In this document: piece after piece, positions 22,874 through 32,234 of the stretch
Numbering within the stretch: position 1 is the first letter of the stretch
Layout of the letters: the number at the start of each line of letters is the position of its first letter
Assembly (NCBI GenBank): GCA_965214835.1
Contig: CBDCCK010000002.1
Span: 1,760,001-1,824,000 of the forward strand
Origin: Nitrosopumilaceae archaeon
Lineage (GTDB): Archaea > Thermoproteota > Nitrososphaeria > Nitrososphaerales > Nitrosopumilaceae
Reading direction: 5' to 3'
DNA: 64,000 nt
The notes under the pieces: model-generated
What the model was told of the DNA's origin: nothing
Database searches by the model: none
Seen by the model: only the letters and a program-made list of their open reading frames with translations
Made by a program: the position numbers and the translations under genes

Positions 22874-23067
22874 GTATGTGGTCACGTCCCCCTGTTGCCT
22901 AGGCGTGAAAATCACAGTCATAGATGTCAATTCGTGCCTGATTGACAGGGGTAGGTGACCTCGTACGATTTTTTGTATGTGGTCACATCCCCTTGCTAGC
23001 TAGGCACGAGGATCACAATCATTCATGCTAATTCATGCCTAACTGATGATGGTAGGTGACCTCGTAC
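22874..23067. mobile_element. two tandem MITE family B copies (22874-22966 and 22975-23067)
   Basis: Each is 93 bp with ends GTATGTGGTCAC/GTGACCTCGTAC. The second is flanked by the 8-bp TSD GATTTTTT. Confidence 0.85.
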
Positions 23068-23095
23068 GATTTTTTTACTTTCGTATAGGATATGT

Positions 23096-23310
23096 GGTAA
23101 CAGGATAGTCCCCAGCCAGAGTTGAAGTCACGTCCCCCCTTGCCGAACATCTTCTGCCCGCCGGAAGTCCGCAGTCCGAACCGTATCTTGCGAGCGATCA
23201 CGCCGGGCCTCAGCGTGCGCTCGGCCAGGTTGTTGGTGGGATCCATCCCAGGATGCATCAGGAACGTGTAGAGAAACTCCGAGGCGTTCTCAAGCTTTGT
23301 GGCATAGCTG
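23096..23310 (-). pseudogene. IS66 transposase C-terminal fragment joined to a MITE-D-type end
   Basis: HPGMDPTNNLAERTLRPGVIARKI motif; end sequence GTAACAGGATAGTCCCC. Confidence 0.75.
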
Positions 23311-23557
23311 TTGGTGAGGACCCTGGGAAATGCCTGACTGCCAGTATAAATAGGATCTTATGATGTACTGGGGAGTCAGGAATACATGATATCTCGGTTG
23401 TGACGGATGCCGTAGGATCCTTTATGTTTCTAGGCCGACGCATCAAGCGTATGGTGGTGGATGGGACGACACTGCGCACGTGGTACTGGAACATCCGGCC
23501 GCACGACTATCGTGTGAAATGTCCCATATGCGGCCGTTCAAGACACGTCCAGAGTGT

Positions 23558-24345
23558 TTCATACGAAAATTAGTTCCGCCTAAGATCAGGCGTACTTTGA
23601 AGGATTATTTTAGGCTGTACCGATCAAAAAATGCGAGGAAAAGACTGGGGAAAAAGTCGCTCCGGTACATAGAAAGGCAGAGAAAAAAGGGCGTGCCTGC
23701 AACATCGTTGGTGACAGATACGACAAGAAGAAGAGAAAGGATCTCCAGCCAAAGAAGGAGGACAAAAAAGCCGATCCCAGGCACGAATCTGGCGCAAAAA
23801 AGGCCGAAAGAAAGAGAAAGGCCAAACCCTACAAGGAGTATCCAAAGTGGCACGTGTCATCCATGCCGGGCCTGCAGGTAATCCTGGCATGCCGGATTAC
23901 TTTGGACAAGATGGCAGACACTGCCGTCCTAAGATCGCTCTTGCAGAAGATTGGCAAGATCGGACTCGGGTTCTCCTACTACATCTTCAATGCAGCCAGG
24001 GGATACGATTCAGACGAGAACGCAAGGCTCGTCAAGGAATACGGAATGAAGCCAAGCATTAAGCTGAGAGGCAGTGCCGTCTGTACCAAAATGAAGCACA
24101 GCAAGGAATCTGTCAAGGCGGATCCTAAATCATACAAGACGCGCGGGATGATAGAGGGAATCTTTGGCGCAGAGGAGACGGAGAACCGCAGGCTGATGTG
24201 CCGGTTCAGAAAGGCATCAACCCGCAGAAGGTTCAGCCTGTGCAAGGCCGTGGGATGGAACCTAGAGGCGCTAAACAGGTTCGAATGCGCCGCAAGTTTC
24301 GGGATGCCTGTGGAGGCAGCATGAGTGGATTAGGAAACAACCCCC
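23558..24345 (+). pseudogene. fragmented IS5-like transposase with right TIR
   Basis: FNAARGYDS (degenerate DRGYDS) and YKTRGMIEGIFG motifs; ends GGATTAGGAAACAACCCC. The first about 135 bp recur at 35338-35470. Confidence 0.7.
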
Positions 24346-24416
24346 CGGATACGCCCTCGTGCCGATCCCTGGAGTCCCAGTACACGCGCCCAGTGAGGCC
24401 TGCTGCCTCCGATCCA

Positions 24417-25322
24417 TCATTGACCGTCATCGGTATCTGCCAGGAACGCCCTCATGCCTGTCCTGGAGGCGTCCCGGTACACGTTGATCATGGTGCTGAT
24501 AAAGTCCTCCCCACCCCTCCAGAGGGGAAACCTTCCCAACTGCTTGGGAAGAACCGCGTGCACCTTTGGCACGAACGCATCACCCGGGTCGCACGCCTCA
24601 AGACTCCTGCCCCAAAAGACGTCGGGGTTTGTAGGCAGGGGCTCGGCAGCCAGCCTGCCATGTGCATCACTTTTCTGCCTTTCCTTGCGTCCTGTCTTGG
24701 GCCTTGCCTCGGTCTCTGCACCTGCCTTGGCCCCTGCCCGCTGTCTGATGCCTGCCATTTTGAGCATCTCCTCCCTTCCTGATCCGCGCAGCCTGAATAT
24801 CAGGAACGGGTCGCGCTCGAACTCCTCGGCAAGCAGGAAGAATACGGCCATCGTGTGCTTGCAGGGGTTGGACCAGTCCGGACACGTACATTCTGTGTCA
24901 ATCTCGGATTCTTTAGGAAAGAGACTCAGGTCGGCCTTCGTGAACGCCTTCTCGATGTCCTCCGGCATCTTGCCTGCAAGGAGCCCCGCCGTGATGTCCG
25001 GCCTCTCGCGTATGACCCTTGCAAGCCTGTTCCACCCCGGCCCGTCTATCGCGCCGACCCGTATCTCTACATCGTAGGGCCTACGCCTTGACCCCTGCAC
25101 GGACGCGCTTGCAGCGCCACCGCGTATGTCAAGGGATCTTACCTGGCCGTTGCGTGCGTACGATCTGGCGCGGGATACCCTGCCTTCGCCGGCCTCCGAG
25201 GTGTCCAGCGTCTCCATCCAGCGCTCCGTCCACCAACTCTGCTGCGACTTGCGCCTGCCCGACTGTGATTTTATGCCGCCCTTGACCCTGATGGGCGGCG
25301 TATAGTCGTAAAAGTATGTCAT
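24417..25322 (-). CDS. SWIM zinc-finger protein (Rv2102-like)
   Basis: RARSYARNGQV, VQGS...PY.V and CTCPDWSNPCKH SWIM motif. Start overlaps the SNF2 stop (ATGA). Confidence 0.9.
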   Translation of the reverse strand: MTYFYDYTPPIRVKGGIKSQSGRRKSQQSWWTERWMETLDTSEAGEGRVSRARSYARNGQVRSLDIRGGAASASVQGSRRRPYDVEIRVGAIDGPGWNRLARVIRERPDITAGLLAGKMPEDIEKAFTKADLSLFPKESEIDTECTCPDWSNPCKHTMAVFFLLAEEFERDPFLIFRLRGSGREEMLKMAGIRQRAGAKAGAETEARPKTGRKERQKSDAHGRLAAEPLPTNPDVFWGRSLEACDPGDAFVPKVHAVLPKQLGRFPLWRGGEDFISTMINVYRDASRTGMRAFLADTDDGQ

Positions 25323-28300
25323 ATGCGCACTGCCTCCTTGCTCAGTGACAGCACCTTGCGGATGTCCGTATCGGACAGCTTTGTCAGCCAGCCCTCGCCA
25401 CTGCCGACTACCTCCTCGGATATCTCCTGCTTGCGGCGTATTATCTCGTCTATTTTCTCCTCCATGGTGCCCGAGCATATCATCTTGTACACCTGTACGT
25501 TGCGCTTTTGTCCTATGCGGAAGGCCCTGTCAGTTGCCTGGTTCTCGACGGCGGGGTTCCACCACCTGTCAAAGTGGAATACATGGCTTGCCGCCGTCAG
25601 GTTGAGGCCGGTTCCCCCTGCCTTGAGCGATACTATGAACACGGGTGTTCCTCCCTTCTGGAACCGCTCCACCATGGCACTCCTCTGCCTTCTGGGAACG
25701 CTGCCGTGCAAGAACAGTGCCTCTCGGCCCGACGTCTCGCGTATGTGCCGCTGCAGGATCTCGCCCATCTCGACGAACTGGGTGAACACGAGTGCCTGCT
25801 CGCCGGACTCTGCGACCTCCTCGAGCATCTCCGTCAGCCTTGCAAGCTTGCCGGATCTGTCAGGTATGGCCGAGCCGTCCTTGAGCAGGTGCGCCGGATG
25901 GTTGCAGACCTGCTTTAACTTTGCCAGCGTGGCCAGTATCAGGCCCTTGCGCTCTATGCCCCCGACCTGCCTCATCTTGTCGTCCAGATCCGTCAGCACT
26001 GCTGCATACAGGGAGGCCTGCTCGCGCGTCAGCGAGCAGTACACGTTGGACTCCATCTTTTCTGGCAGATCCGAGATCACCGACCTGTCGGTCTTGAGCC
26101 TGCGCAGCATGAAGGGTGTAACCATCCTCTTGAGGGCATTTGCTGCCTCCTCGTCCCTCCTGACCTGTATGGGTATGAAAAAGCCGCGCTTGAACTCGGC
26201 CTGGGTGCCCAGCAGGCCCGGATTGAGGAACTCCATTATGGACCAGATGTCGCCGACGCTGTTCTCAACGGGGGTGCCCGTCAGTGCAAAGCGAAACCCC
26301 GCATTTAGCGTCTTGACGGCGCGCGCCTGCTTGGTATCGGAGTTCTTTATGTTCTGTGCCTCGTCTAGCACGACACCCCCCCACCTGACCTTCCTGACCG
26401 ACTCGATGTCGCGCTGTACCAGCCCGTAGCTGGAGACTATCATGTCGTGTTTTTTGACCTCCCTTGCAAACGCGTCACCCTTCCTGCGGCGCGTACCGTG
26501 GTGGATCATGACTGACAGCCCCGGGGTGAACCGGGCCGCCTCCTTGTTCCAGTTGTCCATGACCGACGTCGGGCATACTAGGAGGACCGGCGCCCTCCCG
26601 CCGTCGGATCTGTACTGCTGGATCAGCGCCAGCACCTGGATCGTCTTTCCGAGGCCCATGTCGTCGGCCAGGCACCCCCCCATTCCGATCCCGTGCAGAA
26701 ACGACAGCCACGAATAGCCGCGGATCTGGTACGGGCGTAGCGCGCCCTCGAACCCTGAAGGCTGCGGCAGCTCCTCCATCGACATGTTCCCCCTGAGCCT
26801 GTCAAGTATGCCGGAGATCCGGCCGTCCTCGCTGTCCACCTCGAGATCCATGCCTTCTGGCGCCGGACCCGCACCGATCCCCATCATGACTGCGTCGCGT
26901 ACCGTTGCCGTCTTGTTACCTGCAATGAACTCTATGGCCCGCCGGATCTCGCCGGATCCCGTGTCTATCCACTGACCGCGGACGTTGACCAGGGGGGCCT
27001 TGGTCCTGGCAAGGCTGCGCAACTCCCTCAGCGTGATCCCTTGGTCTCCGACGGCCAGTTCCCAGTCGAACCTGACGATGGATTTCATGTTCAGCATTCC
27101 TTTTGCCTGCATCTTCGGCTTGGTGCCTGCGCGCGCCGAGATTCTTGCCTTGGGACGGCCGCCGACCCACCACGAGGGCAGCATGACGCCGTATCCAAGC
27201 TGTTCCAGAATTGGGGCCTCCTCGCGCAGGAACCTGTATGCACCGGCGGTATCTGTCCAGTATCCACCTGCCACCCCCTTCTGCCCACCTGATGCCCCGG
27301 TGACGATCTCGGCGAGCTGGCCCATGGATTTGAGCAGGAACTCCCTTGCCACGTCGACGTCCTTGTACAGCCCGGTGATGCCGGTCTTTTTCTTCCATAT
27401 CTTGTCGGCCGGGACGATGAGGCTCGGATCGGTGCGTGACTGCACCATGTATCTGACGAACCACGGCCTGGATCCCCTTGCGCCATCCTCCGGCTCCTCA
27501 AGCCGGAGGCAGAACTTTAGCAGTGGATCTGCCAGCGTCGTCATCGCTTGACGCCATTCTATAATGCTCGTGATCAGGGCATCTGCCTCCTCGGATGCCC
27601 ATATTGCGCCGTCTTGGGTTCTCAGGCCGTGGAGCCATTCGTCATGTATGCTGTCAAAACCCCTTTTCCCTTTGGGTTCGGCCGGCGTGGCAGCCGACGC
27701 AGATACCATGCCGTCTACCATGGTTCCGACTACCCTGCCTAGCACCTCCACCGGTGCGTCCATGGGCCGGGCCCCCGACTCGCGGCCAAGCGCGCGGGCG
27801 GCACCAGGCATGAGTCCTGCCAGGGCGGTGAGCCGCTCATAGTCCCTGCCTGTGAACACCGGCCTCCATACGGCCTTGTGGTGATCGTGGTGCGGTGCAA
27901 GATCCGGCAGGAATCGCTGGCGTGCCACCAGCGAGCCCGCAAAGCGCAGGATGTCTGCCCAGTATGCCAGATCCGCGCCGACGGTCATGCCGGTCACGGT
28001 GCTCCTGTTGTGCGCCACCTTGGAGAGTAGCCGCATGATGTCACTCCAGGGGATCTGGACTGTCTCGACTGCCCATCGTGCAAGACTGATCCTTCCCGTC
28101 CCGGGCTGTACTGCGGCGCCGTCGGAGGGAACCGGTATGCCGCCCCTGCTCGGAAGCCATGCGCCGGCATAGGAGGGATGCGGCCTGCCCTTCTTTGTAC
28201 CGTGCAGGCCGAGAGCGTCCATGATCTCTTGCGCCGTTGCCGCGCCGGGGTGCCTGCCATTGTCTGTCTTCCTCGGCTTGCGCATCGTGCCGTCGATGGA

Positions 28301-28357
28301 GGCTTCGGCCCATAGCTCCAGCGAGCCGCCGACTGCGGCCGCATGCAGAACCATCAT
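25319..28357 (-). CDS. SNF2-family helicase/ATPase (HelZ/Rv2101-like)
   Basis: LRPYQ, LADDMGLGKT, LDEAQNIKN, LTGTPVEN, AGGTGLNLT, WWNPAVENQATDRAFRIGQ. Confidence 0.95.
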   Translation of the reverse strand: MMVLHAAAVGGSLELWAEASIDGTMRKPRKTDNGRHPGAATAQEIMDALGLHGTKKGRPHPSYAGAWLPSRGGIPVPSDGAAVQPGTGRISLARWAVETVQIPWSDIMRLLSKVAHNRSTVTGMTVGADLAYWADILRFAGSLVARQRFLPDLAPHHDHHKAVWRPVFTGRDYERLTALAGLMPGAARALGRESGARPMDAPVEVLGRVVGTMVDGMVSASAATPAEPKGKRGFDSIHDEWLHGLRTQDGAIWASEEADALITSIIEWRQAMTTLADPLLKFCLRLEEPEDGARGSRPWFVRYMVQSRTDPSLIVPADKIWKKKTGITGLYKDVDVAREFLLKSMGQLAEIVTGASGGQKGVAGGYWTDTAGAYRFLREEAPILEQLGYGVMLPSWWVGGRPKARISARAGTKPKMQAKGMLNMKSIVRFDWELAVGDQGITLRELRSLARTKAPLVNVRGQWIDTGSGEIRRAIEFIAGNKTATVRDAVMMGIGAGPAPEGMDLEVDSEDGRISGILDRLRGNMSMEELPQPSGFEGALRPYQIRGYSWLSFLHGIGMGGCLADDMGLGKTIQVLALIQQYRSDGGRAPVLLVCPTSVMDNWNKEAARFTPGLSVMIHHGTRRRKGDAFAREVKKHDMIVSSYGLVQRDIESVRKVRWGGVVLDEAQNIKNSDTKQARAVKTLNAGFRFALTGTPVENSVGDIWSIMEFLNPGLLGTQAEFKRGFFIPIQVRRDEEAANALKRMVTPFMLRRLKTDRSVISDLPEKMESNVYCSLTREQASLYAAVLTDLDDKMRQVGGIERKGLILATLAKLKQVCNHPAHLLKDGSAIPDRSGKLARLTEMLEEVAESGEQALVFTQFVEMGEILQRHIRETSGREALFLHGSVPRRQRSAMVERFQKGGTPVFIVSLKAGGTGLNLTAASHVFHFDRWWNPAVENQATDRAFRIGQKRNVQVYKMICSGTMEEKIDEIIRRKQEISEEVVGSGEGWLTKLSDTDIRKVLSLSKEAVRI

Positions 28358-28470
28358 GCCGTATCGTGTCGAGACGGGACTCATAAGTATAATGCTGATC
28401 GCCTGGCAGTCGCAGGATGCGGAAAAAGTAGCATGTCCCCTTTCGGATGCCGCACTCCCGCGCCCATCAC

Positions 28471-29361
28471 TCACTTTTGTACGATTGATATGCGGCAGTG
28501 CTCCGTCTCAGAGCCATACATGCCGCCGACGTCAAACTTTGCATCAGGCGACTTGATCCTGAGATCCTCGACTACGCTGTGTACCAGGGTCATGCAGAGC
28601 TGCCTTTCGGCGAGAATCATCTCCGAGAAGGAGCGCACATGCCGTATCGGTGCCACAAAGCAGTCCTCATCCGTTACGGCAAACGCCATGTGGTTCTGCG
28701 GCCCCGTGCTGTGGCGTCCGTCACAAGTCCTGCATTTCGGGCTTTTTGTAAACTGGATCTGCTTGTGCCACAGCAGAAAGTCCGTCGTGTCGCGATCCCT
28801 CTTCTGGCGGTTGCACCTAAAGCAGAGCGCCTGCATGTTGTCGGGGGCATCGGATCCACCCTGCGCTATGGGGACGATGTGATCAACGTCAAGCGGGGTC
28901 TTGGTTGCCGGGGTGCCGCATGCAACGCATACACCTTTTGATTTTGCCAAAATGTCGTACCTGAGGTTCGAAAGGGCCATGCGCTCGGGGGTGACCCTCC
29001 TACCAAGTATCCAATAATCCCTGTCGAGGAACTCCTCTAACCTGTGGTCGCACAGGGCTATCAGCTCGGCCCTCTGTTCGTCGGACAGCTCCCCGTCAAG
29101 CCGTAGCCTGTACGACTGGCTTCCCCTGTCGTACTCTGCTACCTTACGCTTCCTGACAAGGGTGTCATGCGGCCATCGCTTTACTATCTTCTTATAGTAC
29201 TCCAGGTATGCCCTGTCCTGACCCACAAAGCTGCTTGCAATGTCGCCTACCGTAGCTGCCCCGCCTTTTGACTCTAGGATAGTCTTGATCATGAGTGGCT
29301 GATAAATGTGCGTCATGCGCATGCGCCTGCGTATGAAATGCCTCATCTCCTCATAGTCCAA
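28471..29361 (-). CDS. HNH endonuclease fused to a degenerate HIT-like domain
   Basis: N-terminal MTHIYQPLM, HNH CVACG...DVDHIVPIAQGG...NMQALCFRCN, then C..C and APIRHVRSFSE but no HxHxH triad. TTG start inferred. Confidence 0.8.
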   Translation of the reverse strand: MDYEEMRHFIRRRMRMTHIYQPLMIKTILESKGGAATVGDIASSFVGQDRAYLEYYKKIVKRWPHDTLVRKRKVAEYDRGSQSYRLRLDGELSDEQRAELIALCDHRLEEFLDRDYWILGRRVTPERMALSNLRYDILAKSKGVCVACGTPATKTPLDVDHIVPIAQGGSDAPDNMQALCFRCNRQKRDRDTTDFLLWHKQIQFTKSPKCRTCDGRHSTGPQNHMAFAVTDEDCFVAPIRHVRSFSEMILAERQLCMTLVHSVVEDLRIKSPDAKFDVGGMYGSETEHCRISIVQK

Positions 29362-29717
29362 TGTAAGAACTGCCTGCGGCAGGTTAAAAAACACTGTGTG
29401 ATCCAGCCGGACTTGACCTGCCCTTCCTTTGAAGGCATAAAACCCGCAATCTGGCCTGACCGCGGGGCCGCATGCGCGATGCCATTGTACGCATGGCACA
29501 CCGGCCCGGCGCGCGTCCTGCTACAACTAGGGCAGCTGCACAAATGATAACAAATAACTAGTCCCGACTGTGAGTGACCTTCATGCCGATGAGAAAAAAG
29601 GGCAAGCATGAACGCTGGGCGGATCAGCGCGAAAAAAGACGAAAGAGCAAGAAATCAAAGTCAGGCAAAGCCCGCTCCCGATGAGGGCTGGCTTTTTACC
29701 AAACCAGAGTAGATTCC

Positions 29718-30425
29718 ATGGATCCCCTGATTAAGGTTAGAGAGGCATATGAAAAAGGAGCGGTTCCTGAGAAGGCCTATTCGTTGATCCGGGAACGGTT
29801 TCCGATTGCCGTCTCTGGGATAAACAGAATCGAAAAGGCGTCTGGCATACGGTTTCCGGTGGCCTATGTCAACCCGTCGGTAACCGTCACCGCGCCTGAC
29901 CCCCACTCATACCAATACGGCATACTCTTTGCACGAACCATTCCGCTGATTCATGAGGGTGGCCTTCAGGTCGTAATCCAGATTTCCGCACCCCTAGTCG
30001 CATATGGACTGAAGGGGACGGTTCATGCAATCTTGGCACACGAGTTCCTGCACTACCTCGAGCTGGTAAGAAAGGTCTCCAAAATGGAGGTGCTCTCCGA
30101 TGAGGTATCTGGAAGCCTGTTTGAAAACGTATATGCGGATGAAGCCCGGCTTTTTGAGCCAAGGGCAGTCTTTGCAGACAGGACCCTGCTGTCACACATA
30201 ACCAAAAAATTCCCGTCCGGCTTTCGAGACTACAGGCTGGAGGACAAGACAGTCAAGCTCTGGATTGATAACGGATTGCCAAAAAACACCGTTTCCCTTG
30301 ATACAAACATTGCAAAGATCTCTGCTGACTCTTTGGCAAAAATACGGCTTGACTCCGCCCTTGTCGAAAAGATCGGCGAGCTGGAGGCAAAGAGTGCGAA
30401 AATCCGCAAAAGGAGGCTTTACTGA
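29718..30425 (+). CDS. conserved hypothetical protein with HEXXH motif
   Basis: [10 protein letters not shown]; 235-aa ORF. Confidence 0.75.
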   Translation: MDPLIKVREAYEKGAVPEKAYSLIRERFPIAVSGINRIEKASGIRFPVAYVNPSVTVTAPDPHSYQYGILFARTIPLIHEGGLQVVIQISAPLVAYGLKGTVHAILAHEFLHYLELVRKVSKMEVLSDEVSGSLFENVYADEARLFEPRAVFADRTLLSHITKKFPSGFRDYRLEDKTVKLWIDNGLPKNTVSLDTNIAKISADSLAKIRLDSALVEKIGELEAKSAKIRKRRLY

Positions 30426-30589
30426 TTAAACTCCGTCAGGCCGCATTTTCCACACGTGTGCCTGTCCTTGTGCTCTGACATGAATACTCCCTTTCCGCAC
30501 CTAGAACATACTTTTCTTATTCTGGTTGTCTTGTCTCCCTCGACCTTGTAGTAACCGTAAACCTTTGGACTGGAGCCTTTTTTTGCCAT
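30419..30589 (-). CDS. rps27ae: 30S ribosomal protein S27ae
   Basis: Manual translation [56 protein letters not shown]; follows rps24e. Below the ORF-track length cutoff. Confidence 0.93.
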   Translation of the reverse strand: MAKKGSSPKVYGYYKVEGDKTTRIRKVCSRCGKGVFMSEHKDRHTCGKCGLTEFNQ

Positions 30590-31590
30590 TATTTGTCATT
30601 CTCCTCTGCTGCGGCAGCTTGTTCCCCTGCGGGTGACTCTGCGGCCACTTGCGTCTCCTCCTGTTTTTCTTCTGCGGGTGACTCTGCGGCCACTTGCGTC
30701 TCCTCCTGTTTTTCTTCTGCGGGTGACTCTGCGGCCACTTGCGTCTCCTCCTGTTTTTCTTCTGCGGGTGACTCTGCGGCCACTTGCGTCTCCTCCTGTT
30801 TTTCTTCTGCGGGTGACTCTGCGGCCACTTGCGTCTCCTCCTGTTTTTCTTCTGCGGGTGACTCTGCGGCCACTTGCGTCTCCTCCTGTTTTTCTTCTGC
30901 GGGTGACTCTGCGGCCACTTGCGTCTCCTCCTGTTTTTCTTCTGCGGGTGACTCTGCGGCCACTTGCGTCTCCTCCTGTTTTTCTTCTGCGGGTGACTCT
31001 GCGGCCACTTGCGTCTCCTCCTGTTTTTCTTCTGCGGGTGACTCTGCGGCCACTTGCGTCTCCTCCTGTTTTTCTTCTGCGGGTGACTCTGCGGCCACTT
31101 GCGTCTCCTCCTGTTTTTCTTCTGCGGGTGACTCTGCGGCCACTTGCGTCTCCTCCTGTTTTTCTTCTGCGGGTGACTCTGCGGCCACTTGCGTCTCCTC
31201 CTGTTTTTCTTCTGCGGGTGACTCTGCGGCCACTTGCGTCTCCTCCTGTTTTTCTTCTGCGGGTGACTCTGCGGCCACTTCGGCAGCCTGTGCCTCCTCC
31301 ACCTTTTTCTTTGCCCTGTCTAGCCTTGCAAAGATCGTTGGATTGACCTGCTTTTTTGCCAGCTGCTCGTCCTCATACACGTAGAATGTTCCGGTCATCA
31401 GCGGTTTTCCTACGTGTGACATCATGTTGATCGGAATGACAACCTTGCCGTCCAGCTTGAATTCCTTTGTAATCATGTCTACTGCGTCTAGCTTCTTGAG
31501 CTTGCCCCCGAGGCCTGCAAAATTACAGACAAGCTCCCTCCTCGACAGGAACGTGTTGTTCACGTCACTTACGGCCTCGATCACGGACAT
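30589..31590 (-). CDS. rps24e: 30S ribosomal protein S24e with a long acidic repeat tail
   Basis: N-terminal [10 protein letters not shown]...GTFYVYED S24e domain upstream of rps27ae; tail of ([15 protein letters not shown])n. Confidence 0.88.
   Translation of the reverse strand: MSVIEAVSDVNNTFLSRRELVCNFAGLGGKLKKLDAVDMITKEFKLDGKVVIPINMMSHVGKPLMTGTFYVYEDEQLAKKQVNPTIFARLDRAKKKVEEAQAAEVAAESPAEEKQEETQVAAESPAEEKQEETQVAAESPAEEKQEETQVAAESPAEEKQEETQVAAESPAEEKQEETQVAAESPAEEKQEETQVAAESPAEEKQEETQVAAESPAEEKQEETQVAAESPAEEKQEETQVAAESPAEEKQEETQVAAESPAEEKQEETQVAAESPAEEKQEETQVAAESPAEEKQEETQVAAESPAEEKQEETQVAAESPAGEQAAAAEENDK
30627..31280 (-). repeat. 45-bp coding tandem repeat, 14 full identical units plus a partial unit
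   Basis: GGGTGACTCTGCGGCCACTT recurs every 45 bp from 30631 to 31261. Confidence 0.97.
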
Positions 31591-31673
31591 GTATCCAAAA
31601 TCCTCCCCACAGTGCATATAAATCTTGATTGAACCAGAACAAGAAATTTAAGAAATCACATCTGATTTTTTTT

Positions 31674-32234
31674 ATGGAACGGTACATGCTTCACCTTGAA
31701 AACCGGCAGTACGTACCGAGAAACTCCAGGGATATAGTTCACAGGGCAAGGAACCTGTGCCGGGGCATTGCAGCCTCCATCCGTGTCTGCAGGGTGGCAA
31801 GCAGGTTTGTAGAGCTGGACGTCTCAGTGGAAAAAGAGGACTTTGATGCCGTTGTAAGGCGATTGGAGCCGATTGGAAGGCTGGACAACGCCAGGCATGT
31901 CGTCGAGGAGAGCATATCAAAGGACGACGGAATAAGGGATGGAATCTATTACTATAACCACGAGCGATTCTGGGAGGCTCATGAGGCCTGGGAGGGCGTC
32001 TGGAAAAAATGCAGGGGGGAGGAGAAATCCCTGGTTCAGGGTCTGATACTGCTTGCCGTCTCATTTGCACACTGTCAAAAAGACGACGACCTGATAGGGC
32101 TGAACATGCTGACCCGTGCGGAGGAAAAAATCGGCGATTACTCTGGCAGCTATCATGGAATCGACATTGACAGAGTCAAGGACAAGATAGCCGAGATGAA
32201 GGAAGGCCGCCGGCTGGTCAGGTTCGATGTCTGA
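31674..32234 (+). CDS. DUF309-family protein
   Basis: YNHERFWEAHEAWEGVW...QGLILLA motif. Confidence 0.85.
   Translation: MERYMLHLENRQYVPRNSRDIVHRARNLCRGIAASIRVCRVASRFVELDVSVEKEDFDAVVRRLEPIGRLDNARHVVEESISKDDGIRDGIYYYNHERFWEAHEAWEGVWKKCRGEEKSLVQGLILLAVSFAHCQKDDDLIGLNMLTRAEEKIGDYSGSYHGIDIDRVKDKIAEMKEGRRLVRFDV

Noticed and set aside
22874-23067. Repeated GTATGTGGTCAC / GGTAGGTGACCTCGTAC as a CRISPR remnant
   Set aside because: Explained as two MITE B copies with TIRs and an 8-bp TSD, homologous to 44597-44689.
23777-23791. CAGGCACGAATCTG inside the IS5-like fragment matching the MITE core
   Set aside because: Short match without the partner arm; may be chance.
30627-31280. 45-bp array as a CRISPR array; long plus-strand ORFs 30593-31384 and 30633-31346
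   Set aside because: Units are identical end to end with no spacers and are in frame in rps24e; the other ORFs are shadow frames of the repeat.
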